Assembly (NCBI GenBank): GCA_964611355.1
Contig: CAZSYD010000001.1
Span: forward strand, 2,745-66,744
Length of the DNA: 64,000 nucleotides
Source of the DNA: an uncultured Ignavibacteriales bacterium
GTDB lineage: Bacteria > Zixibacteria > MSB-5A5 > GN15 > JAAZOE01
Direction of reading: 5' to 3'
The first letter of the stretch is position 1; each line of letters begins with the position of its first letter. The notes under the pieces are model-generated. The model had not been told where the DNA came from. It did no database searches and saw nothing but the letters and a program-made list of their open reading frames with translations. The translations under genes and the position numbers were made by a program. Positions 34,953-43,805 of the stretch are shown piece by piece.

Positions 34953-35741
34953 TTATGATACCGCTTCCAACCAGCGGTCCAAAAACAAAAGCAATTCATC
35001 CGGAGGCCGAATCCAAAGATCGGCTTCGGTAGGACGTTTTTCAGCTCTAACCAGTACTCGAAGCCCATGTCCTTTCAGAGCCTGGAATGCATCTTCATCG
35101 GTCAGATCGTCGCCAAGGTAGGCCATGACAGCCCCGTTCGGAAGTTCATCCAGTGTTGAGGAAACAGCCTCACCCTTGGTAATACCTATCGCTCTCAGTT
35201 CCATCCCGCCGTCAAATTCATGCAGCATCAATCCATATTTAATCGAATTTTCCGACCAGGCGGTCTCGATTTTTTCCCTGATCGAAGCCACTTGATCATT
35301 CGGCACACCCCGCCAGTGAAATGCCAGACCAGCCGGCTTTGTCTCCAAATAGCGGGACAGATTCTCACCCACAGCCCACTTTTCGGCTTTATGCAGGCCA
35401 TAGGTTGTCTGCCGGGGAAGCTCCGCTTTGCTTAATCCTTTACCCGGAATATGCCCCTCGGCCCCGTGGCAGCCACGGATCTCAGGGAGAATTTCGAGCC
35501 CCAGAAGTGGTATCAGGGCTTCCACGGCCCGACCGGAGACAATTATAAGGCGGGTTGTGCCCGAATCTATAAGTTTGGCCAGCCTTTCTTCGACGCCCGG
35601 ATAAGGAAACGCCTTATCTCTCTTTTCGTGAAAGGGAGCCAGCGTGCCGTCATAATCCAGCATAAGAACACGGTCAGCGGCTCCGGTCAGTTGGCTGAAG
35701 AACCGGTCCAATGATATATGGCGAGTCAGGATTTCCATCAC
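34953..35741 (-). CDS. otsB: Trehalose-phosphatase-like HAD-IIB phosphatase
   Basis: HAD motif I LMLDYDGTLAP, IVSGR, and C-terminal GDDLTDEDAF. Size and pattern match OtsB. Confidence 0.8.
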   Translation of the reverse strand: MMEILTRHISLDRFFSQLTGAADRVLMLDYDGTLAPFHEKRDKAFPYPGVEERLAKLIDSGTTRLIIVSGRAVEALIPLLGLEILPEIRGCHGAEGHIPGKGLSKAELPRQTTYGLHKAEKWAVGENLSRYLETKPAGLAFHWRGVPNDQVASIREKIETAWSENSIKYGLMLHEFDGGMELRAIGITKGEAVSSTLDELPNGAVMAYLGDDLTDEDAFQALKGHGLRVLVRAEKRPTEADLWIRPPDELLLFLDRWLEAVS

Positions 35742-35748
35742 GGCCGGC

Positions 35749-36987
35749 CTAATTGGCGATCAGGTGATTGGCCAGACCTCTTCGCAGACCCAGCATCAGG
35801 GTGAGGTACTCGCGCAATTGGCGATTGCACAGGTAATTCTCGGTAATAAATTTCTTTGCCGTTATGCCCATCGATTTGATTTTTTCCGGCTGGTGTAGCA
35901 ATCTGCGTATCCGCAGAGCCGCCCCTTCCGGCGTGTCAACCAGATAGCCGGTGTGATGGTTATGCACCTGCAGCCGAATACCGCCGGCATTACCACCGAT
36001 GACCGGCTTTCCTTTCCACATCGCCTCGGTAACCGTCAACCCGAAACCTTCCTGCAGGGATTTCTGCAGAACAAGAGTTGATGCTCGCTGCAGGGCGTTG
36101 ATCGTTCGATGAGCGTCCGGCGGCAGTTTCAGAACATGAATCGCCTCATTGCCGTTGGCGACGGCATATACCTCCTCAAGGACAGCCGCTCCCTCGGGGT
36201 CATCGGTGGCTCCCCCGCCGGCCAGGACCAGTTGAGCGTCGCAGGTTCCGTTCAGCAGATTGAAAGCCTTTATAACCCCAATCGGATCTTTGAAACGATC
36301 AAAGCGGGAAATCTGGGTAAGAATCGGCGTCCCGTTCACGATACCATATCTGTCCAGCGTGGCCTTTACCTCCTTGCGGGAAAGGTCAACATTTTTCTCC
36401 GACAATGGATCAATACTGGGCGCAACAATAAATTGCGGATGATTGAGCCTCCGGGCGAAATCGGGCATGGAAAATATGGAACCGTCGTATCCCATAACCT
36501 TGGAGCGGATATAGTTCCAGACCTTTCGGTTCGGCCGGCTGGCGTCAATATGACAGCGCCATATCCACTTCCCTTTTCGGTTTGGGCAAAGATCCAGAAG
36601 CATGGCCGGCTGAGGATCGTGGATCACGACAAAGTCGGCTTCTTCAAGGATCGGACGAAGTCGGTCGGCATTGGCCGCGATCGTATCCTCGTAGGACTTG
36701 ATCATCGTCTGCGTGAGGGGGACTTCGTTGCCCTGGAGACCGTTGTGAAACGCCTTGGTCGTCTGATAAAAGGCCGAGTTGCCTTCGACTATTTCCCAGG
36801 AAGCATCCAGTCCCAAATCGTTCATCAGGGGGATCATCCAGAAAAGAATCTCCGCCACGCCGCCGCCCTCCCGGGTCGAATTGACGTGGACCACCACAGC
36901 ACCTTTCAGGTCAACAGAGAGCTGGCGCAGCCTCGAGGTCGCCACCGAGCCTATTATCCGCTCATAGTCAGTAAGGGTTCTATCCAT
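35749..36987 (-). CDS. GT4 glycosyltransferase of the trehalose synthase (TreT)-like type
   Basis: VVHVNSTREGGGVAEILFWMIPLMNDLGLDASWEIV...FYQTTKAFHNGLQG resembles the TreT N-domain. C-terminal GT-B motif EGFGLTVTEAMWKGKPVI. The start is set at the internal ATG 36987 (MDRTL), 2 nt after the upstream stop, rather than the track start 37017. Confidence 0.75.
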   Translation of the reverse strand: MDRTLTDYERIIGSVATSRLRQLSVDLKGAVVVHVNSTREGGGVAEILFWMIPLMNDLGLDASWEIVEGNSAFYQTTKAFHNGLQGNEVPLTQTMIKSYEDTIAANADRLRPILEEADFVVIHDPQPAMLLDLCPNRKGKWIWRCHIDASRPNRKVWNYIRSKVMGYDGSIFSMPDFARRLNHPQFIVAPSIDPLSEKNVDLSRKEVKATLDRYGIVNGTPILTQISRFDRFKDPIGVIKAFNLLNGTCDAQLVLAGGGATDDPEGAAVLEEVYAVANGNEAIHVLKLPPDAHRTINALQRASTLVLQKSLQEGFGLTVTEAMWKGKPVIGGNAGGIRLQVHNHHTGYLVDTPEGAALRIRRLLHQPEKIKSMGITAKKFITENYLCNRQLREYLTLMLGLRRGLANHLIAN

Positions 36988-37816
36988 AAACCTTCTCCGA
37001 CGCGACGCCGCCTGCAACTTCGATCAGGCTCTGTTTCAGTTCCGGCAATGACAAATAATAGAAATCGAGCCCGGCCAGCGCTCCCAGCAATTTCCCGTAT
37101 GGCCGGTCAAACCCGGAAATCCAGACGGAGAAGTCATCCAGTCCGTTATCCGTTCGGCGGCGGGCTTCTACGAAATGATAATAGATCGAACCAAGAGACA
37201 TCTGAGGTAAAGCGGTACGCAAATCCTCAGGACTCACCAAAAATATCCCGGTGTCGAAGACGACCGTCGCCGCCTGCATGAAGTGGAAATCACGACCGGG
37301 CGGCGCCCAGGGGATGTAATAGATTTCGGCCAGCCGCTCCTCAAGAATATCAAGCACCTGCATCCGCAAATCTTCCAGCGAGTCCATTCCGTATGGGTTG
37401 ATAATGGCCAGCCTTTCCGCGAGAACCCGGTCACGAAGCTGGCGCGCCGCCCAGACGGCGAAATCATTGCGATATTCGGGGTCATCAAAGGTCGGGCGGA
37501 TGACTGTTTCGCAGAAGTGATGAAAAAGGCACTCCACCGAACACTGGCTTATACGCTCCTGCAATTCCCGAAGGTTCATGGCGTTTCTAACGCCGGCCAT
37601 TCTCGTAATCAGCGTGCAGTCTTTAATCTGAAACGGCATATTTCCTGTTTCGGCCATTGCCTTTATTCCCTTTAGAATTTGCCCGGACACACCAACCGAG
37701 CAGGTTGCGAATGTATAACTAAGTATGCCTTCTTTGTCAAATCGTTCGGGAGCCTGAATCCCCCCGAACGGCAATAATAGATAGGTATAGTTTAGTCCAA
37801 TTTCCGATATATTCAA
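36980..37816 (-). CDS. Conserved hypothetical protein inside the GH13/TreT cluster
   Basis: Long ORF in the operon frame, with no motif I can name securely. The track start is TTG at 37816; an ATG at 37657 (MAETGNMPFQIKDC) is a plausible alternative. Confidence 0.5.
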   Translation of the reverse strand: MNISEIGLNYTYLLLPFGGIQAPERFDKEGILSYTFATCSVGVSGQILKGIKAMAETGNMPFQIKDCTLITRMAGVRNAMNLRELQERISQCSVECLFHHFCETVIRPTFDDPEYRNDFAVWAARQLRDRVLAERLAIINPYGMDSLEDLRMQVLDILEERLAEIYYIPWAPPGRDFHFMQAATVVFDTGIFLVSPEDLRTALPQMSLGSIYYHFVEARRRTDNGLDDFSVWISGFDRPYGKLLGALAGLDFYYLSLPELKQSLIEVAGGVASEKVYG

Positions 37817-37825
37817 AAATCAGGG

Positions 37826-40800
37826 TCAGGATTTTATCTTTGCCGACATTAATTCAGCCATCTTTTCCACCTGGTATTTGGCCTTATCGGCGGCGTTAAG
37901 AATTTTACGGGCTGCCTTAAGAACACCGGACACGCTTTTATCACTGATTCTGCCGGCGGCATTAAGCTGCATCAGGCTTATCACCGGCAACGAATTAACC
38001 AGATGCTCAAGTCTTTCTTTGTTTATCCAGAACGCCTCATTAAACCGGTTGAGTTGCAGATATTCGCTCGCGAGAGGATCTTCCAGTACCATTTCCACGA
38101 AATTAGCGATACCCGACGCAGGCCCGACAATAAGTAAATCTTCAAACTTGGTCAGCATTGCCACCAGCAAGGCATCTATGCGAGCTTGCGCCTTATCACC
38201 GAGGAAACCGGCAAACAATTCAGCTATTGTTTTTCGCAACAGCCAGTCTTCCAAGTGGATATAACTCAGCTTATCCTGAGGCGCGACATCATCGGGCGAA
38301 GACAACTCTCCCAACCGGTGAACGGCGGCCCACGCCACGGCGACGTGCCGTCCCGGCTCCTTTACAGGTCGATCAAATTGAGCCAAAACCTTACTGGCGA
38401 TCTTGTCACTTATCGGAAACTTCTTGATTTTTTCTTCAAGCGGAACGGCGCTTATCTCTTTTGTTATATTCTGAAGGATTTCTTCATAGTCTTCGCCGGA
38501 ACCTGCAAAATCTTTAACTGCGGCAAGAAAATCCCGCGTCGCCTGAATGAACCTGGAAGACGCTTTTTTATCGTTCTTTGCAAAACCGCGAAGCAGGTCG
38601 GCATTCAATAATTCTCGGAAGGGAATAAGAATCGGGTCGAGCTTCATTTCGCGCGCGGCTTCCTCGATACTGTGTACGCCCCGGCCGTTCAGACGGCGCG
38701 ACAGTTCACTCCACGACCCGTCGCTATCATGGATTTCCCGGAAGTCCAGAAAGGCGTGATATTGATAAGCATACAGCTCCGCGTAAAGACCTTTCTCGGC
38801 TATCCGGCGGCCGGGGCGAATATATTCCAACCCCGTTTTGTGGTCGCGAAAAGAATACAGGTACCCATCCCCGGTATTAAGCGCCAGCGCTTCGGCCAGT
38901 GTCCTGCGAACCATAACCGCATTGTCGGCGCCGCCGACATTTATCTGTGTAGAAGTGTGAATCCGGCCGCGGGTGGTATTGTAAGCGTTGTTATAAAGGA
39001 TAACGGCCCGCTCGTCGCCGGCCCGGTTGGAATAGGCGAAAACATTTTCATCGACCCACCCTTCCGGACTATTAAAATCATAAAAAGCAAAATTCTCGGC
39101 GCCGCTGAAAAGTCGGCGTCGTCGCATGAGCGGAAAAATCTCAACCTCATGACGTCGCACCATTTCTTCGTCAACAGGCTCATCCCAGTAAGCCCGCCGG
39201 TATTCCATGCCGTATTTCTCGGTGAGACCTTCAATTTGCCCGTGACCGAACATCGGCAAACCCGGCATGGTAACCATAAGGGCCGCCACGCCGAAATACT
39301 TGTCCCCTTTGCCGAATTGTTCCACGGCGGTGCGTTCATCGGGGTTGTTCATGAAATTGACGAATCGCTTAATAACCTCGGGACTGAATTCCAGAACGTT
39401 CTTGACCGTGGTTCGATAGTCGGCGTTGTCCTCCATTTTAAGCATATTCATGAAAGCGCTGTTGTAAACGCGGTGCATGCCGAGCGTACGGACGAAGTAA
39501 CCCTCCATTAACCAGAAGGCTTCGGCTATAAGAAGAGTGTCGGGCACTTCCGCAGCGACACGATCGACCACCTCTCTCCAGAATTCACTTGGAAACACGG
39601 CGCTGAACTCCGCCCCGGACATGCCCCGTTCGGCGCGCGAAGGAACAGCCCCGCCGTCGCCCTGCCTTGGAAACCAGAGACGCTGATAATGCCGTTTGGC
39701 CAGCGTCATGGCGGCGTCAAAACGGATAATCGGGAACTTGCGGGCCACATGAAGAATCATCCGAATGACCGCTTCACGCACTTCCTGTATGGTGAAGTCA
39801 AGCTGGGCGGTATCGTTCCAGGGCATACTTGTGCCGTCGTTACCGTGGTAGATGTATTTCACGTCGCCGGTCCATTTGTCGATCCGCTTGAACACCACGG
39901 CCGCATCGCCGTGACTCCAGTAGCCGTCCTCAATCTGGATAGTAACGCGCTGATCCCACGACAGGTCCTGGCCCGTGTATTGATAGCACGGAAAGGGCGG
40001 ATAATCGAGCCGGATGAACCAGTCCGGATGCTCGATTACCCATTTGGAATAGATACCCATATGATTAGGCACCATATCACTGGCCAGCCGAATGCCGCGC
40101 CGCAGGGCCCGGTCGTGAAGATTTCGATACGCCTCTTCACCGCCCAAATCCTCGGCGATGGTATAATCGTAGATCGAATAGGCTGAAGCGGAGGCTTCGG
40201 GGTTACCCATAATCTGTTTGATTTTCTGCGAGGCTTGTGAGCGCTCCCACAGCCCGATCAGCCACAAACCGGTAAACCCCCACCGGGCCAGCCGGTCCAG
40301 TTCTCCATCGGGAATGTCGCTTAGATGTTTAATATGCCGCCGGTATCGTTTCGACAATTGGTCAAGCCAGACGTAAACGCTCTTGGCCAGTATAACAACG
40401 TTCGACATCCAGTCGGCGTCCTGGCTGAACATGGCCGGTTCGGGATACCCCAGGTCGCCATAAAGATCACGGCCAAACTGCAGCACCAGATTCGGCCCGG
40501 GGCCCAAACCCCGCAGCCGTTGTTCTTCTTTCAGAATATCCAGAGCCAAAAGGAGACGTTCGAGCAGTTCGGGCGGCAGGAAATCCGCCCAGCGCTGCCT
40601 GATATAATCGAGCTGACCCTGCATGGAATCGGGCGAGGCCGTCATCGGGGCGCGCAAACACCTAAACAGCGTCATCCCGACCTGCTTTAAGGCAGGTTGC
40701 TTTTCAAAATACTGCTCCAGCCCCTCTATGTAGGATTGATACGGGGAGCGTTTTTTCAAATCGACATCGTCAAAAAGCTCTCTGAAAGGTCGAAACGACG

Positions 40801-41311
40801 GGTTTTCCATTGCCAGGGAAAGAAGTATCATCTCGCCGGCGACCGTTTCGTAGTTCATTGAAATCTCCGAACGACCCGGCAAATAGACATCTTCCGTTTG
40901 ATCACCCCGGATCACCGACGGCGGCGGGAAAAGATCGACAAACGACCGGGGCGAACGTTCCACCACGGCCCGGCCCCGCTGACGGGCGGTCCATTCGAGC
41001 CCCCGGGGAATAGTCCCGGCCATTTCTTCGAAGCAGTAGACATTGAACAGGTACCGCAGGATATCCACGATTACCGCCGTCGAGATCAATTGGCCCGCAT
41101 AAATATAATCGACGGTGTGCGACAGGCGTGCATATCTCTTATTAAATCGGTCAGCCAAAAGCCTGATACCGTAGATCTCGGTAGCCGCTTCGCGGGCATT
41201 TAAGGCTTTAACCAGATCGGCGATGTCAAGGTCTTCCCAGGATTTCCGGGACAGGTGAAAGCCGAAAGGAAAATAGTTATGCAACTGTTTATAAAGCTGG
41301 GGACCGGCCAT
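37826..41311 (-). CDS. Large GH13 (alpha-amylase family) enzyme, 1161 aa
   Basis: The four GH13 conserved regions appear in order: DMVPNH, IRFDAAM, LLIAEAFW and FMNNPDE. There are long N- and C-terminal extensions. Confidence 0.8.
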   Translation of the reverse strand: MAGPQLYKQLHNYFPFGFHLSRKSWEDLDIADLVKALNAREAATEIYGIRLLADRFNKRYARLSHTVDYIYAGQLISTAVIVDILRYLFNVYCFEEMAGTIPRGLEWTARQRGRAVVERSPRSFVDLFPPPSVIRGDQTEDVYLPGRSEISMNYETVAGEMILLSLAMENPSFRPFRELFDDVDLKKRSPYQSYIEGLEQYFEKQPALKQVGMTLFRCLRAPMTASPDSMQGQLDYIRQRWADFLPPELLERLLLALDILKEEQRLRGLGPGPNLVLQFGRDLYGDLGYPEPAMFSQDADWMSNVVILAKSVYVWLDQLSKRYRRHIKHLSDIPDGELDRLARWGFTGLWLIGLWERSQASQKIKQIMGNPEASASAYSIYDYTIAEDLGGEEAYRNLHDRALRRGIRLASDMVPNHMGIYSKWVIEHPDWFIRLDYPPFPCYQYTGQDLSWDQRVTIQIEDGYWSHGDAAVVFKRIDKWTGDVKYIYHGNDGTSMPWNDTAQLDFTIQEVREAVIRMILHVARKFPIIRFDAAMTLAKRHYQRLWFPRQGDGGAVPSRAERGMSGAEFSAVFPSEFWREVVDRVAAEVPDTLLIAEAFWLMEGYFVRTLGMHRVYNSAFMNMLKMEDNADYRTTVKNVLEFSPEVIKRFVNFMNNPDERTAVEQFGKGDKYFGVAALMVTMPGLPMFGHGQIEGLTEKYGMEYRRAYWDEPVDEEMVRRHEVEIFPLMRRRRLFSGAENFAFYDFNSPEGWVDENVFAYSNRAGDERAVILYNNAYNTTRGRIHTSTQINVGGADNAVMVRRTLAEALALNTGDGYLYSFRDHKTGLEYIRPGRRIAEKGLYAELYAYQYHAFLDFREIHDSDGSWSELSRRLNGRGVHSIEEAAREMKLDPILIPFRELLNADLLRGFAKNDKKASSRFIQATRDFLAAVKDFAGSGEDYEEILQNITKEISAVPLEEKIKKFPISDKIASKVLAQFDRPVKEPGRHVAVAWAAVHRLGELSSPDDVAPQDKLSYIHLEDWLLRKTIAELFAGFLGDKAQARIDALLVAMLTKFEDLLIVGPASGIANFVEMVLEDPLASEYLQLNRFNEAFWINKERLEHLVNSLPVISLMQLNAAGRISDKSVSGVLKAARKILNAADKAKYQVEKMAELMSAKIKS

Positions 41312-41355
41312 TTATCATCACTTTCTCGTATAACTGTCCTTTATCATTCAATCGG

Positions 41356-41370
41356 GCGGAAACTGCGCCA
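41356..41370 (-). promoter_or_regulatory. Weak sigma54-like -24/-12 element upstream of the GH13 operon
   Basis: The minus strand reads TGGCGCAGTTTCCGC. GG and GC have the correct 10-nt spacing, but the -12 element is CCGC rather than TTGC. It lies about 45 nt upstream of the ATG at 41311. Confidence 0.3.
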
Positions 41371-41585
41371 TAGCTTTTTAATATATATCAATTATGCTAA
41401 TGACGCCATATAAACGAGAACATCCGGTAACGGCTTATGGTTCCGGCTGCTTTTGTTATCAAAGTCGATAAATGTCAGGTTCAAACAAACAAATCGCCAA
41501 ACTCAAGTCAGCCGTTTGACCAACGCCCCCTCCACTTTAGCTTTTGCTGCGCCGTACCGATATAAGAGATGATGGGGAATAAATA

Positions 41586-42950
41586 ATGTCAAGCAGAACA
41601 ATCGTTTACGGCGAGATAATTGACCGGGCCGGGCGTCAGGAATTAATCGGCAGCCATCGCCGCCACACCGGCAATCTGCAATGGAAAGACCATCCGGCGC
41701 GGCTGGACGCTATTGAAGAACCGTCGCTGGTATTTGTTGATCTGGACGATCCCCGCTTTTCCAACCCCGAATTCCTTTTATCTCTCTCCACCACCGGAGA
41801 AAACATCAGGGTCATCGGAAAACTCAACCAGCCCGATATCGATAAAACCATACGGGTTTCCAAACTGGGCGTAAGCGAAGTATTGACCCCTTCCGAGTGC
41901 CTGGAAAGATTGCACATTTTCATGAATGACCTGGAAAAGGAACATGAAACCGAAGATGAAAAACCTCCGGAATACAGCGTCGAATCGCTAATCGGCAAAT
42001 CCCGCGACATGGCCGGTATTCGCAAAACAATTCGATTGCTGTCTGAAGTTGATTTTCCCAGCGCCCTGATTCTCGGAGAAACCGGAACCGGTAAAAGCCT
42101 GGTCACCAAGATACTGCATAATACCGGCGTCAGGTCAAAACACAACCTGGTGGAGGTCAATTGCTCGGCCATACCCGACGAACTATTCGAGTCCGAACTG
42201 TTCGGTCATACCAAAGGAGCCTTTACCGACGCCAAGTCGGAGAAGACCGGGCTTTTTGAATACGCTCGGGGCGGCACGCTGTTTTTGGATGAGGTCGGCA
42301 ATCTTTCTTCGTCGGCGCAAGCCAAGCTGCTTAAAATTCTCGAGGATAAGAAGCTACGCAAGGTAGGCGACGTTAATGTAAAAGATATTAATGTAAGGGT
42401 GGTTGCGGCGACCAACACTAATCTTCGAGAAGCCATTGAAACGGGCAAATTCCGCGAAGATCTCTTTTTCCGCCTTAACCTTCTAACGCTTGAGATACCG
42501 CCGTTGAGAAAAAGGCCGGAAGATATAGCGCCGATGATCGAGCGTTACCTTACCTTTTACTCCACCATATATAATAAGCCTGATATCGAGATTGAAGATG
42601 ATGCCGTCAGGGAAATGGAACATTACTCCTGGCCGGGAAATGTCCGGGAATTGTGTAACGTTATTGAAAGGACCGTCCTTTTAAGCAAGAACCGGGTTAT
42701 CAGACTCAAAGATATTAAAGCGGCTTTAAGGAGAAGCCGTATCAGTCCCGCCGAAAGGCGCCAGATAATAATCGACCTGCCGCCTTACGGTATCAGCCTC
42801 AGGGAAATCGAAGAAAACGTAGTCAAGCAGGTGCTTAATATCTTCAACTGGAATAAATCGGAAACCGCCAAATTCCTCGCCATTTCCCGCCCCCGGTTGA
42901 GAAGAATAATCGAGACCGGCGGATTGGAACAAAACCGACGCAAAAGCTGA
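41586..42950 (+). CDS. Sigma54-dependent transcriptional activator (bacterial enhancer-binding protein)
   Basis: AAA+ Walker A GETGTGKS, a GAFTGA-type loop (GAFTDA), and a C-terminal Fis-type HTH (NKSETAKFLAISRPRLRRII). The N-terminal 130 aa is not a canonical receiver. Confidence 0.88.
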   Translation: MSSRTIVYGEIIDRAGRQELIGSHRRHTGNLQWKDHPARLDAIEEPSLVFVDLDDPRFSNPEFLLSLSTTGENIRVIGKLNQPDIDKTIRVSKLGVSEVLTPSECLERLHIFMNDLEKEHETEDEKPPEYSVESLIGKSRDMAGIRKTIRLLSEVDFPSALILGETGTGKSLVTKILHNTGVRSKHNLVEVNCSAIPDELFESELFGHTKGAFTDAKSEKTGLFEYARGGTLFLDEVGNLSSSAQAKLLKILEDKKLRKVGDVNVKDINVRVVAATNTNLREAIETGKFREDLFFRLNLLTLEIPPLRKRPEDIAPMIERYLTFYSTIYNKPDIEIEDDAVREMEHYSWPGNVRELCNVIERTVLLSKNRVIRLKDIKAALRRSRISPAERRQIIIDLPPYGISLREIEENVVKQVLNIFNWNKSETAKFLAISRPRLRRIIETGGLEQNRRKS

Positions 42951-42952
42951 GA

Positions 42953-42971
42953 TTGGAACAATTCGTTCCAA
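42953..42971. promoter_or_regulatory. Palindromic upstream activator site 1 (TTGGAAC-N5-GTTCCAA)
   Basis: Perfect 7-bp arms, located 3 nt after the activator stop codon. It has the same core as the site at 43034-43050. Confidence 0.55.
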
Positions 42972-43033
42972 CTCCCTCCGTTTATTGTAATCCGTGTAAG
43001 CATAACAGATTGTCCAAACCTTATTGGCCGATC

Positions 43034-43050
43034 TGGAACGCACTGTTCCA
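43034..43050. promoter_or_regulatory. Palindromic upstream activator site 2 (TGGAAC-N5-GTTCCA)
   Basis: Perfect 6-bp arms. Its centre is 80 bp from site 1 and about 110 bp upstream of the -12 element. Confidence 0.55.
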
Positions 43051-43138
43051 AACGCCTCCTTTTCCCCTCCTTTCCCCGAAACCTGCCTTATGCTCCTAAT
43101 AGATTGACAAACAAGAGATTATAATAATCCAAAATTCC

Positions 43139-43154
43139 CGGCATTCAGCTTGCA
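43139..43154 (+). promoter_or_regulatory. Sigma54 (-24/-12) promoter
   Basis: CGGCATTCAGCTTGCA against the consensus TGGCAC-N5-TTGCA. GGCA and TTGCA are present with exact spacing. It lies about 60 nt upstream of the ATG at 43216. Confidence 0.65.
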
Positions 43155-43215
43155 CAGTCTCCTACTGCATCAAAAAATAGAAATCTCTTCAACCAATAAA
43201 TTGAGGAGCGTTGCA

Positions 43216-43761
43216 ATGATGAATTCTAGACTTTCCAAAATGACCCTGAAGGCCGGAGTTGCCGTTGTTATCGCCCTGGTAGCGCTGGCAGGATGCTCCA
43301 AGTCGCCTTTGGGTATCGAGGCCGAGAAGCCTGAACCGAAGCTTTTAACGAGGGCGCCGATGTTCACCTCGGGTGCCCAGCTTTCGTCCGCCAATTACGA
43401 AATCGAACAAATTATTTCCGCTGCGGAAGGCGGCCGGCTGGTCCTTTATGACGTAATCCTCGACATTCCCCCGGGAGCCGTTGACAATGATACGCTTTTC
43501 AGCATAGCTATTCCGGATATCACCGTATTCTACAACGATTTTGGCACAAGCGGCCTGGAATTCGATGAACCGGTTACGGTAACCATGTCTTATCGGGAAG
43601 CCGATCTGTCCGGCGTCAATGAGTCCACCATCCGCATAGCTTGGCATAATAACAGCACCGACAAGTTTGAAGACGTCGATTGTGCAGTTGATTTCGATAA
43701 TAAAACGGTCACTGCCGAACTGTATCATTTCTCCGCCTACGGACTGATTTCCGACGAGTAA
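43216..43761 (+). CDS. Lipoprotein of unknown function
   Basis: SD gaggag, and a signal peptide ending in the lipobox LAGC (MMNSRLSKMTLKAGVAVVIALVALAGC). The track start (TTG at 43150) lies inside the sigma54 promoter and is rejected. Confidence 0.7.
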   Translation: MMNSRLSKMTLKAGVAVVIALVALAGCSKSPLGIEAEKPEPKLLTRAPMFTSGAQLSSANYEIEQIISAAEGGRLVLYDVILDIPPGAVDNDTLFSIAIPDITVFYNDFGTSGLEFDEPVTVTMSYREADLSGVNESTIRIAWHNNSTDKFEDVDCAVDFDNKTVTAELYHFSAYGLISDE

Positions 43762-43805
43762 TAATTATTGCCGGAGAATTTAACCACTTAACCTAACGGG
43801 AAAGA

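Noticed and set aside
35749-37017. An apparent 38-nt overlap between the GT4 gene and the upstream hypothetical gene.
   Set aside because: The first 10 codons of the track ORF (MQAASRRRRF) precede an ATG at 36987, which sits 2 nt after the upstream stop. The shorter start removes the overlap.
42953-42971. The first palindrome read as a simple transcription terminator for the activator gene.
   Set aside because: No T-run follows it, and a second palindrome with the same TGGAAC-N5-GTTCCA core lies 80 bp downstream, ahead of a sigma54 promoter. An activator-binding-site reading fits better, though the two roles are not mutually exclusive.
43104-43125. Perfect TTGACA and TATAAT hexamers upstream of the lipoprotein operon.
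   Set aside because: The spacer is only 10 nt (43110-43119), which is incompatible with a sigma70 promoter. The adjacent sigma54 element has correct geometry.
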